From a virus (taxonomy: Duplodnaviria; Caudoviricetes), in IMG/VR virus record IMGVR_UViG_3300044719_000253, positions 32,001-96,000 of that record: a stretch of DNA of 64,000 bases; one strand, 5' to 3'. The translations under genes and the position numbers were made by a program. Of this stretch, positions 1-8,342 are shown piece after piece. The notes under the pieces are model-generated. The model had not been told where the DNA came from and made no database searches. It saw nothing but the letters and a program-made list of their open reading frames with translations. Numbering within the stretch: the first letter of the stretch is position 1; the number at the start of each line of letters is the position of its first letter.

Positions 1-1
1 T

Positions 2-1132
2 CGTGATACCGTCTCCCTTGCGGTAGCTGAGGTGGTACGTCACCCCGTCTTTCTCGAAGATGAGCGTGTCGTAAGTGTCGCCAAAGCCGACGAAGTTTTC
101 CTGCGTCAACTTCACTTTCACGTCTTTGAACGATGGACTATATGAGTTTTCACATTCTTCTTCCGTACGGGGCACTTTGATCATGAATGAGATCGCCATC
201 TCGTCCTCCCCGATATAAGGGCCGGAATGATCCGCCATCGCCACGGCGCGATGTTTCTTTTCGCCGTTTTCGAAGCCAGTGATTTCGTAGAATGCCCAGC
301 TATTCAGTCCCGTTTCCCCCATGACACTGAGCGTCTCGCGCACATCGCCGCCGAACTGATTCATTTCTTTCACGAACTCCACCATCGAGTCGAAGTTCAT
401 GCCGGACGATTGTCGGGCGTCACACAGCGCCAGGTGGATGAAGGCCCGAAGATGGTTCTCCGTGCAATTCTTAAGGTTGCTCTGCACGTAATCGATCACG
501 GTCGGAATTTCGAGGCGCTTGAACGGTAACACGTAACGGATCCGGCTCGGGCGGCCGAACATGTACTGCGACACACCATCTTTGTAATTGACCGTGAAGC
601 AATACATTTTCTTAGTGCCGGTGTTGGTACCGTCAAGCAACCGCAGGATCGCGGTCTGTTCGTCCTTATCGTCGTAGGTCTTTTCGAACTCATCGAAGCA
701 GACCAGGATTTGTTGGGTGATCGTCGACATGAACCAGTTCAGCAGCGAACCCGGAATCTTTTCGTCGATGAGGATCACCGGCAACCCCATCTCGATGACT
801 TTGGCCGACAGAGCTTTGAGCAACATCGTTTTGCCCGAACCCTTCTCACCGATGAGGGCGATGCCGAGGTTCTTGTCATTGATCTCGTACGACTTGATGA
901 AGCGCTCGACGTAACCATTGATCTTGCCACCCCCGTAAATCCGTTCCGGGAGTTTGAAGTTGCTTTCAGGGCGCAGGAACACCGACGGCGACAGTCCACC
1001 TTCCAACACCAGCGAATACACGCCAGGCGGGATTTCGGCAATGGCGCTGCCGCGCACCATCGCGTGCGGGGTGAGATTGCCGTCCGGGGCAACGTGGAAG
1101 ACGTATTTGGTTTCTTCTTTCTTGTGGTTCAT
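2..1132 (-). CDS. AAA+ ATPase, 3' end runs off the window (absent from the ORF track)
   Basis: Manual translation from ATG 1132 (MNHKKEETKYVFH...) stays open to the window edge. Walker A GEKGSGKT, Walker B ILVCFDEFEK, later RPSRIRY. AAGGA SD upstream. Confidence 0.9.
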   Translation of the reverse strand, partial: MNHKKEETKYVFHVAPDGNLTPHAMVRGSAIAEIPPGVYSLVLEGGLSPSVFLRPESNFKLPERIYGGGKINGYVERFIKSYEINDKNLGIALIGEKGSGKTMLLKALSAKVIEMGLPVILIDEKIPGSLLNWFMSTITQQILVCFDEFEKTYDDKDEQTAILRLLDGTNTGTKKMYCFTVNYKDGVSQYMFGRPSRIRYVLPFKRLEIPTVIDYVQSNLKNCTENHLRAFIHLALCDARQSSGMNFDSMVEFVKEMNQFGGDVRETLSVMGETGLNSWAFYEITGFENGEKKHRAVAMADHSGPYIGEDEMAISFMIKVPRTEEECENSYSPSFKDVKVKLTQENFVGFGDTYDTLIFEKDGVTYHLSYRKGDGIT

Positions 1133-1190
1133 GGTGATATCCTTAGTTAGTTGTTGATTATGGTTGTACTACTTTTTGGGTGATGCCGGG

Positions 1191-1862
1191 TTAAGCTTTG
1201 CCCGGTAGCGGGTTCTCGCCTTGGGGTTTGCGCTGTGACAAGACGATACCGACTATCCCAGGCCGTTCACCGTTCTCGGCGGAATTGCGTACGATAACTT
1301 CACCCCAACCGGCTTTCGTATAAGCTTCGATCACGAGCTCTTTGTCACCTTTAGTGGCCAAACCTTCGACGGTAAAGGTGAACGTCGGGTTGGTATCGAT
1401 GCCGGTGACGTTATTACGCATCCAGCGTGCATCGTTGAGGTGCTCGTCGATATATACAATCGCTTTCTGCGACCAGTCCGACGCGCTTTGCATGGTGGCA
1501 ATGGCTTCAATAGCACTAACGGGCATACAAATTTCCTTTCTGTTGTTGGTTATGATTCTTCTGTCTGATGACCAAGACAGTGCTTTTTTGTAAAGATTGA
1601 TAAAGTGCGCCCAATCCCCTTTGTCTTTCAGGAACTCGCGGGGGGAAGATTGAGTACGGTAACGTGTGAAATCGAGTTCTGGTCGCGTTTCACGGAAATG
1701 ATGATACAGCCGCCGCACGAATCGCCGTAAGGTGTTGTACACATGCGCTTTCGTCATGCCGTATTTCACGACTAACTCAGCAACCGGCACACCCGCCAAC
1801 ACATCTTCGAACAGATCAATGTCATGGAAGATCCTAGGCGAAAGTTTATTGTCGTTCTTCAT
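1191..1862 (-). CDS. HTH-like protein fused in frame to a second hypothetical protein (internal SD and ATG at 1526)
   Basis: N-terminal DVLAGVPVAELVVKYGMTKAHVYNTLRR looks HTH-like. Internal AAAGGAAA plus ATG at 1526. See frameshift finding. Confidence 0.6.
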   Translation of the reverse strand: MKNDNKLSPRIFHDIDLFEDVLAGVPVAELVVKYGMTKAHVYNTLRRFVRRLYHHFRETRPELDFTRYRTQSSPREFLKDKGDWAHFINLYKKALSWSSDRRIITNNRKEICMPVSAIEAIATMQSASDWSQKAIVYIDEHLNDARWMRNNVTGIDTNPTFTFTVEGLATKGDKELVIEAYTKAGWGEVIVRNSAENGERPGIVGIVLSQRKPQGENPLPGKA

Positions 1863-2346
1863 TGGTCCGCCCCATGAGTTTCTGAAGATAATCATCACCC
1901 ACAGTCACGCCGAGCTCCCGCAGCGCCCCGAGCAAACGCTCGATATGCTCGTTTTCTTCCTTCAAGACTTTGGTGTCGCCGGCACTGATTAATGTTTTGC
2001 ATTCTTCGAGGCTGACCAATTCCTCATTGATGGCAGCCAGAAATACGTCGAGATACTGGTCTGGCAACAACTGATCGTTAACTTTGACTTCCACGGCGGC
2101 GTTGTAAGATACCCGCGGCATGGCGAATACATCGGACATCACTTCCATTCCGTCCATGAAGCTCAGTAAAACGAACGCTGTAGCACGTTGCTGAAGGTTA
2201 TGCAGTGCATTGTCATGTTCTTCATCGGACGAACCGTTGGGATACAATCGACTATCGATGAAGTCACGGAGGGCATTCATGATGTCCTCGATAACTACGG
2301 AGGATTGCGAAACGTTGCAAATCGTAATAGTAGTACGGATGCTCAT
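1846..2346 (-). CDS. hypothetical protein
   Basis: 166-aa ORF co-oriented with neighbours and preceded by a TAACCAACAAC leader. Confidence 0.7.
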   Translation of the reverse strand: MSIRTTITICNVSQSSVVIEDIMNALRDFIDSRLYPNGSSDEEHDNALHNLQQRATAFVLLSFMDGMEVMSDVFAMPRVSYNAAVEVKVNDQLLPDQYLDVFLAAINEELVSLEECKTLISAGDTKVLKEENEHIERLLGALRELGVTVGDDYLQKLMGRTNEERQ

Positions 2347-2427
2347 GGCGAACCTATGTTGTTGGTTATAAAGGGCATTTACAAATCATGGGTAAGGCTG
2401 GTGATTTTTTCTTGAAACGACATACAT

Positions 2428-2451
2428 CCCCTATCCCCGGAGGGATAGGGG
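2428..2451. terminator. GC-rich hairpin (terminator or processing-site family)
   Basis: CCCCTATCCC-CGGA-GGGATAGGGG in an intergenic gap. Confidence 0.6.
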
Positions 2452-2479
2452 TGTGATGACCGCCGAAGGGTTCACTACA

Positions 2480-2487
2480 GTGATATG
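2480..2487 (-). promoter_or_regulatory. candidate early promoter variant CATATCAC
   Basis: One mismatch to the TATATCAC motif at 11930 and 20897, intergenic, upstream of 2346. Confidence 0.4.
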
Positions 2488-2509
2488 GATGTCAAATCCA
2501 TTAGCGCCA

Positions 2510-2881
2510 TTATGGGGCTTTGTTTTGGCAACGGCAATGTGTGTGCACGTAATTGCATCCAGGACAAGGATGAGCTCCTTGGAGAATGACGTGTTTTAAA
2601 ATTGTGTCTTGAATAATCGCAGTTTCTTCCGGCGTATTACCGGGTAAATCCAATGTCATTCGATTGACGCGACACACATCTGGTTCGGGTTCAGCGGGTT
2701 TGGGTTTACCTGGCACATATTCCGGCATCGGTAGACCATTGAAGTGACACCGAATGGCTTCCTTCAACCACCCCTGATGGTCCTCGTCGCCGTGTTTGAT
2801 GGCATCGAACAAGGTCGCGATCCGGCGCAGCATTACGGCTGGATTGGCGAGTTCTTTGGTGCAGTCAAGTTCGTGGTCCAT
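2510..2881 (-). CDS. hypothetical protein with C-terminal Cys/His cluster
   Basis: 123 aa ending HPCPGCNYVHTHCRCQ; abuts the upstream gene. Confidence 0.7.
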   Translation of the reverse strand: MDHELDCTKELANPAVMLRRIATLFDAIKHGDEDHQGWLKEAIRCHFNGLPMPEYVPGKPKPAEPEPDVCRVNRMTLDLPGNTPEETAIIQDTILKHVILQGAHPCPGCNYVHTHCRCQNKAP

Positions 2882-3142
2882 TTAGAAGCGCCCGTGTTTT
2901 TGCCAGACGCTGACCCAGGACGCGACCAGGCCATCGAGATTTTTCTTCGACACGCCGACAAAGGCGTTGCCGCGAAAAATCCGGACGATCTCTTCGAGCC
3001 GTAGGCCGCGCCCTGCACTGAGGTTGGTGATGGTGGTACCGGTTGCTTGACGGATACGCTCGTCCTGCCCTTCCAGCATCTTGGCGGGCAGGGACTTGAT
3101 GGTGATCCCATCGATGATGAGAATGCTTGGTGTGGTGGTCAT
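2882..3142 (-). CDS. hypothetical protein
   Basis: Start MTTTPS at 3142 overlaps the stop of the upstream gene (ATGA coupling). Confidence 0.65.
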   Translation of the reverse strand: MTTTPSILIIDGITIKSLPAKMLEGQDERIRQATGTTITNLSAGRGLRLEEIVRIFRGNAFVGVSKKNLDGLVASWVSVWQKHGRF

Positions 3143-3414
3143 GATTGATTGGCTTGGGCGGCGAGTTGGGCTTCGAGCGTTGGGACTGGGCGCCAATCCG
3201 ACAGGGTTGAACCATCCCGGGCGGTGGCCACCCACAGTTGCTCGAAACTCGACTGGTTGACTTCTTCCCCGGCTTTCGGCAGGGCGATGCGGATCTGGGG
3301 GGTGAGGGTGTAGGCCGTCACCGGTTCCTTGGCCTGCAACTCGTTGTATTGTTGCAGGGTGGGGAGCGTGTCACGGGTGATCACGTCTTCCAAAGGGGTC
3401 AATGTATCCATCAC
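3139..3414 (-). CDS. hypothetical protein
   Basis: 91 aa, AGGAG SD, coupled to the next gene. Confidence 0.65.
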   Translation of the reverse strand: MMDTLTPLEDVITRDTLPTLQQYNELQAKEPVTAYTLTPQIRIALPKAGEEVNQSSFEQLWVATARDGSTLSDWRPVPTLEAQLAAQANQS

Positions 3415-3424
3415 AAACTCCTGA

Positions 3425-3913
3425 TTAACTGTACTCGAAACGGCGCTCGAACATTTTCGTCGCTTTCTCTACCGTGAGATTCGAATTGATCTTGGACGGG
3501 CAGGGGAAGTCCGGATCCTTTAACAGTTCCGGATCATCTCGCAGAAACCAGCAATCAAACAACAAACACAGCCGGGCGGCCCGGTTCGACGGCATCTGGA
3601 TCAAGCTCTGACCACTTTGCGCATGGATCCAAAACTCGTTGTTGTGTCCCGGGTACAGATTGCACCCGTCTTCTTGCAGAAGACGCAACGCTTCTTCCAA
3701 GTAGCTGTCTTTTGTGTCTTCCCACTCATCCACATGGCGATGTATGCCTTTGGCCAAATCGATCCGAAAGTTCTGGGCAGCCGCATGGACCGAGGCCAAG
3801 TCAAAAGGTAAATAAACCCGACGGTCGATCGAAAGTTTCTCATTGCCACTTTCAATGGTGCTGAGGCGACGGCCGGAAGCTTTCACAACGCGTTTCGTGC
3901 GATAAGTGCTCAT
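3425..3913 (-). CDS. hypothetical protein
   Basis: 162 aa, tightly packed after folA. Confidence 0.7.
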   Translation of the reverse strand: MSTYRTKRVVKASGRRLSTIESGNEKLSIDRRVYLPFDLASVHAAAQNFRIDLAKGIHRHVDEWEDTKDSYLEEALRLLQEDGCNLYPGHNNEFWIHAQSGQSLIQMPSNRAARLCLLFDCWFLRDDPELLKDPDFPCPSKINSNLTVEKATKMFERRFEYS

Positions 3914-3918
3914 TGGGA

Positions 3919-4596
3919 CTATTCTTTCAGAGGTACGTTTTCCAACAAACGCAGACGCCAGTACTCGTAGCGCATGCTGAGGCCGCCACTGAGCTGATGG
4001 GTACTGTGGACCGGCGGGAACCAGTCCCGCTCATTGAATGTGGGGAAACGCGTATCGCACAACGCGTTATGTTGAATCCGGGTCAGGATCATGTCATGCG
4101 CCAGATTGAGGTCCAGCGCCTGGCGGTAAATCTCGCCGCCACCGATAATGAAGATCTGCTCATCAGCGGTAGCATCGAGGGCGTCCTCCAGACTCGGCAA
4201 TGCCACTAGATCGGTGTGGTTGTACTTGGCGTAGAACCCCGGGATATCCCGGGTGATGACAATGTTGACCCGATCCGGCAGGCACTTGCCATTGAGGGAC
4301 TCGAACGTCTTACGCCCCATGATCACCGTGTGGCCAGTCGTCAGGCGTTTGAATTGCTGCATGTCGGGACTGATCGCCCACGGGATTTGGTTGTCTTTGC
4401 CAATCCCGTTCTCGCTGTCCATGGCCGCGATGATGGTGATGTTCTTACCACCCGGGTTCGACACCGGAATCACATTACCGTGGGTGTTGAACCCGAAACG
4501 TGGTTTACGAATCAGCGCGCGCTTGAGTGCGTCCGTCCATTCCCGTTTGGAACGGCAATTGTTCAGTGTTGCGGTGAGGGCTTTGTCGAAATGCAT
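3919..4596 (-). CDS. folA: dihydrofolate reductase with ~50-aa N-terminal extension
   Basis: IIAAMDSENGIGKDNQIPW, DMQQFKRLTTGHTVIMGRKTFES, LPDRVNIVITR, IFIIGGGEIY, CDTRFP. Confidence 0.95.
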   Translation of the reverse strand: MHFDKALTATLNNCRSKREWTDALKRALIRKPRFGFNTHGNVIPVSNPGGKNITIIAAMDSENGIGKDNQIPWAISPDMQQFKRLTTGHTVIMGRKTFESLNGKCLPDRVNIVITRDIPGFYAKYNHTDLVALPSLEDALDATADEQIFIIGGGEIYRQALDLNLAHDMILTRIQHNALCDTRFPTFNERDWFPPVHSTHQLSGGLSMRYEYWRLRLLENVPLKE

Positions 4597-4599
4597 GGG

Positions 4600-5250
4600 T
4601 TAACCTTTATATCGAAGGTGATCGGGGGTGTCCCAGAGGTCTTCCGAGAACAGATCCCGTTCGTGATCGGTGCGTTTGACTTGACCGGTGTGGAGAGCCA
4701 GCTCGCGGCCAGCTTCCCGACCGATAAAGCGATACTGGTTGGTCAAGAACCCTTGGGTATGTGGACGATGATTCGCGTCATACTGCGCCATGAACCAGAT
4801 ACAATGATGATGGCGGCCCGGTTTCTCGACACACCACATCGTGCCGGTATCATCCAGAATCGCCGACGCGATAATCAGTTCTTTCTTGCGCGGGCGCTTC
4901 TCGTAATACAACCCGTGGTATTCTTGCTGAGTCGGGGTAATTCGAAATGCCCGATAGCCGAAGGCCGCGTGAATCACTTCGTAGTCACCATAGAACCGGG
5001 CGGCATACAGCGTCGCGCTTACCAATACCAGCAATGCTGGATATGCACTGGCAAACAATACCCAGGCAGTCAGATACACTGCCGGAATGATGTTCTTTTC
5101 GAGCAGCATCGTATTCACGTCCACGAGCCAGGGTTGCAACAACGCGGTGATGATAATCCCGAACAACAACCCTTCGAGGATTTCGTAGGCGTCTTTGTAT
5201 TTCTTGATCAGTTTAGTTTGGACATACTGCTTAAAGGCGGTATAGAACAC
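4600..5250 (-). CDS. membrane protein with C-terminal His-rich soluble domain
   Basis: Probable GTG start at 5250 behind ACAGGAG. Two to three hydrophobic segments, then RHHHC...QGFLT...GQ...SEDLW. Confidence 0.7.
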   Translation of the reverse strand: MFYTAFKQYVQTKLIKKYKDAYEILEGLLFGIIITALLQPWLVDVNTMLLEKNIIPAVYLTAWVLFASAYPALLVLVSATLYAARFYGDYEVIHAAFGYRAFRITPTQQEYHGLYYEKRPRKKELIIASAILDDTGTMWCVEKPGRHHHCIWFMAQYDANHRPHTQGFLTNQYRFIGREAGRELALHTGQVKRTDHERDLFSEDLWDTPDHLRYKG

Positions 5251-5270
5251 CGTCGCTCCTGTTATTAGAA

Positions 5271-6176
5271 TTAAAACACTATTTCCGCTTGTAAGATCCG
5301 GCGCACTTCCATCCAGATCTCCCCCAAAAGATTCGTACCTCGCCATTCCCGCATATCGTAGATGCGGGGATCCTCTTTGGCAATCCCCACCCCCCAGATC
5401 ACATCCCGCTCACTGGCTTCCACCAACACCGCGTTGCCGGTCGAGAGTAAATATTCCCGTATCTCTGTATGCTCACGGGCTTTCTGCAGACACCCGGTCA
5501 ACATGTAACGGCGCCGCTTAGCGGCCCATAGATTCTCATCGAATGGGCGTACGCCCCGCCCCAGCACTTTACAACCCTGGGGATTGGGTTCCGCTAGAAT
5601 CCGCCCGGCCTGGAGTTTGTCGTTAAACAACATGGCTTTCACGTACATCAAGAACTGTTCGCCATGTGCAAATGTCACTCCTTTGACGGTGAAACCAGAA
5701 GGATGGTGATTCGATAACACATCGTGTTTGCTGTAAAATGGCACGATATCTTGGATCAACGGAATTGACACCACGGCTTTGGGAATCTCTTTGTAATACT
5801 GAGGGCCATTGATCTCCCCTTTGAGTTCCACGGTATGGCCACGACTCTCCAAGTAATCCTTGAACTCATGAACGATCAAATGGCGGTGACAGAACTTGCC
5901 TGGCGTACAATAGCAGAGCGCTGCTATTTTTTCATGCTCTTCGAGTTTCTTCCAGACCGTCGGATTATCACGACGCGAATCGCGCATCATCCGTAAGTAC
6001 TGGTCGGTGTATTGCTCATCCGACAGGCGTTGTTCCTTGTGGGCCATCACCATATCCCAGCGGGGCGCAAACGCCTTCACACCAGATTTCACCGTGGTAT
6101 CGAGTACATGGATACCTTTGTCTTGCAAACCACGGCTGCGGGACATCTGGACAGTGTAGAGTTGATAGGTACCCAT
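5271..6176 (-). CDS. DUF488-like domain fused to NADAR (YbiA-like) ADP-ribosylhydrolase
   Basis: C-terminal FYSK..LSNHH..F...G..F..GEQFLMYVKA.LF, KVLGRGV..FDENLW, LLSTGNAVLVEASERDVIWGVG, WRGTNLLGEIWMEVR = NADAR. N-terminal FAPRWDMV...LCYCTPGKFCHRHLI = DUF488-like. Confidence 0.85.
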   Translation of the reverse strand: MGTYQLYTVQMSRSRGLQDKGIHVLDTTVKSGVKAFAPRWDMVMAHKEQRLSDEQYTDQYLRMMRDSRRDNPTVWKKLEEHEKIAALCYCTPGKFCHRHLIVHEFKDYLESRGHTVELKGEINGPQYYKEIPKAVVSIPLIQDIVPFYSKHDVLSNHHPSGFTVKGVTFAHGEQFLMYVKAMLFNDKLQAGRILAEPNPQGCKVLGRGVRPFDENLWAAKRRRYMLTGCLQKAREHTEIREYLLSTGNAVLVEASERDVIWGVGIAKEDPRIYDMREWRGTNLLGEIWMEVRRILQAEIVF

Positions 6177-6187
6177 GTTGACCTCGA

Positions 6188-6361
6188 TTAGATTAGTACA
6201 CGTTGTTCTGGTTTGGCTTCACGGCAATCTTGCCAGCCAAGTTTCCATTCCGCACTTGCCCGGTCGTCGTACGGTAGATTATTCACCCGCGCATTCCAAC
6301 CTTGACTGTAATGAGTTTTCTCGCCTTCAGCAGAGCGAGGCGTCAGTGAGATATCACCCAT
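6188..6361 (-). CDS. ribosome modulation factor (RMF)-like microprotein
   Basis: YSQGWNA...LPY...EWKLGWQD pattern resembles Rmf (GYxAG...CPY...WLGGWRE). AAGGA SD before ATG 6361. Confidence 0.5.
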   Translation of the reverse strand: MGDISLTPRSAEGEKTHYSQGWNARVNNLPYDDRASAEWKLGWQDCREAKPEQRVLI

Positions 6362-6533
6362 GATGATCCTTGTTATTTTGGTTAGCCTCACGCGAAGCTT
6401 TATCCACCACCAGGGCTTCTTGAATCACTTCGCGTGCCTGTTCGGCATTGCCGATACCGTAGATGTACTGGGCCTTCTCAAGCACTTGTTCAGCTACGGT
6501 GCGCAACACAGCATTGGCTTGGTCAGCGTTCAT
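6354..6533 (-). CDS. small hypothetical protein (not in ORF track)
   Basis: MNADQANAVLRTVAEQVLEKAQYIYGIGNAEQAREVIQEALVVDKASREANQNNKDHHG; AAGGAG SD; coupled to both neighbours. Confidence 0.6.
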   Translation of the reverse strand: MNADQANAVLRTVAEQVLEKAQYIYGIGNAEQAREVIQEALVVDKASREANQNNKDHHG

Positions 6534-7150
6534 CCGTGACGACGCTCCTTACGGTTGACCGCCGGCGGCACTTCCCACGGGTTGTCTTGCTGTTCACGCC
6601 GGCGTTGGCTGAGAAGCTGATCGACCCCGGGCTGACAACGTCGACAACACTTCCGACTCTTCTTACCGAAGAAACTGCGCTGACACGTGTGGCACTTGTG
6701 CTGCGAGGTGTTCTTCTTCCCCATGTCTTCCAGCCAATCCAACGCGCGCTGTTCTTCAGCTGCTTTTAACCGTGTAGCGGCTTCCGCTTCGGTTTGGGCA
6801 CCTTGAAGGATATCACGCAGATTCGCCTTGAACTTTTCCACCCAGCCCATGTCAGCATGTTCAGGATCGAACTCGACATGGATGTTGCCGTTGTAGGTGG
6901 TCAGATCCCAGTTGGCCATATTGCCACAGGTCGGACAGACGAACCCATTCTCGATACGGCGCATACGTTGCATCGGCGTACAGGGGCCACAGTACGGCAC
7001 GTAATCCGGATCCTGCAGCTTCTTGGTCATGAAGTCATCACCGGGTACAATCACGCCCCGCGGATGGGCTACAGTGGCTTTCGGAATGCGATGGCGGGCG
7101 GCAAGTTCTGCCGCCAGCTGTTGCTCGTATGGAGTCAGTTCGCGCATCAT
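6530..7150 (-). CDS. zinc-ribbon protein with two Cys clusters
   Basis: CGPC...CPTC and CHTC...CCRRC. Confidence 0.7.
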   Translation of the reverse strand: MMRELTPYEQQLAAELAARHRIPKATVAHPRGVIVPGDDFMTKKLQDPDYVPYCGPCTPMQRMRRIENGFVCPTCGNMANWDLTTYNGNIHVEFDPEHADMGWVEKFKANLRDILQGAQTEAEAATRLKAAEEQRALDWLEDMGKKNTSQHKCHTCQRSFFGKKSRKCCRRCQPGVDQLLSQRRREQQDNPWEVPPAVNRKERRHG

Positions 7151-7156
7151 CGTCCC

Positions 7157-7306
7157 TTAAGCCGTGGTCAAGACTTCTTGTTCCACCGCCTGGGCGTGAA
7201 GCCAACCGTTTTGCCATTCCTGGGGCTGTGACGGATCGCACGGCAGGCCACGGCAAAACGCTTCAAAGCCGATTTCGAACGTCGTTTTTGCTTTCGGGAG
7301 TTTCAT
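7157..7306 (-). CDS. second RMF-like microprotein (49 aa, not in ORF track)
   Basis: MKLPKAKTTFEIGFEAFCRGLPCDPSQPQEWQNGWLHAQAVEQEVLTTA; AAGGA SD. Confidence 0.5.
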   Translation of the reverse strand: MKLPKAKTTFEIGFEAFCRGLPCDPSQPQEWQNGWLHAQAVEQEVLTTA

Positions 7307-7324
7307 AATTTTTCCTTGTCATAC

Positions 7325-7352
7325 GATCCTCCTACCCTTGGGGTGGAGGATC
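7325..7352. terminator. GC-rich hairpin
   Basis: GATCCTCCTACCC-TTG-GGGTGGAGGATC (one bulge), intergenic. Confidence 0.5.
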
Positions 7353-7367
7353 GCGGGGTTTGTGAGG

Positions 7368-7949
7368 TTACTGCACTTGTTGGGTGTTGAGCTGATCCAC
7401 GAGCTGGCTCAGCTGTTCAAAACCGTTCGCGCGCAGCATCATGGCATACGGTTCTTCACCATCGCGGAAGAAGATCCGGACGTAGTCGCCAGTCACGTCG
7501 ACTGCGGATGCATGCGGGGCGATCCGTGCCACGACTTCGCGCAGCGAGAAATACGATGCGATCGAGAAGGCCGGCAGGGTTTTGCGGGATGCGGCGAATG
7601 CCAGGTCGTACAAACGGATTACTGTCGACGGGTCTTGCAGGGCGGCGCCGGGTGCGATTTCCATCGGCTCGGCGATTTTCTGGAAGAACACCGACGCATG
7701 GTCCGATTGATACGCCTGGTAACGTTTGACGGTCTGCCCGTCTTTCACCTCGGCCTTCAGCTTGTAGTCGAACGTGATCTTCGGGTTCGAGGCACCCGAC
7801 ATGGCCCAGCAGCGCAACGCGTCATCGATTGCGGTGATCAGTTGGCTGCGCTCGCCGCTGAACTGGCGATGGATCAGTTCGACTTCACGGGCGTTGAAAT
7901 CGAAATTGGTCAGGGTGAAATCGACGGTGCTGGTTTTCGTGGTTTGCAT
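7368..7949 (-). CDS. hypothetical protein
   Basis: 193 aa, AAGGA SD, AACTAACAAC leader. Confidence 0.75.
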   Translation of the reverse strand: MQTTKTSTVDFTLTNFDFNAREVELIHRQFSGERSQLITAIDDALRCWAMSGASNPKITFDYKLKAEVKDGQTVKRYQAYQSDHASVFFQKIAEPMEIAPGAALQDPSTVIRLYDLAFAASRKTLPAFSIASYFSLREVVARIAPHASAVDVTGDYVRIFFRDGEEPYAMMLRANGFEQLSQLVDQLNTQQVQ

Positions 7950-8022
7950 GACTTTCCTTGGTTGTTAGTTGTGAGGTTGCTACGCGACAACTCCTACACT
8001 AATAAGAGCATCGCGTGAAAAT

Positions 8023-8295
8023 TTAATCTTTGATATTTTTAGTAAGATTCTTCAAAAACGCTGGCACATCCTTCGGTGCTTGCGCGTGGATCTTGGTTTT
8101 CTTGTGGCGTTTGGTTTGCACCGCAGCGCGTTGGTTACGGGCTTCGACTTCCAGCGCATGGCGGTCGATCTCATTTTGCCGCCGACGTTCGTTCTGAACG
8201 ATGCGATGCTGCCGATTGGTTTCAGCTGCGAGACCGAACGCTTTGTCGAAGTTAAAACCTGGGACGTAATAGAGCACCATCATGAGATTCTCCAA
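8023..8295 (-). CDS. small basic hypothetical protein
   Basis: 90-aa ORF co-oriented with neighbours. Confidence 0.55.
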   Translation of the reverse strand: MENLMMVLYYVPGFNFDKAFGLAAETNRQHRIVQNERRRQNEIDRHALEVEARNQRAAVQTKRHKKTKIHAQAPKDVPAFLKNLTKNIKD

Positions 8296-8342
8296 TTAAC
8301 AGACGCCTTGGCTCCTTAGGGGTCAGGGCGTCGGCCGGATAA

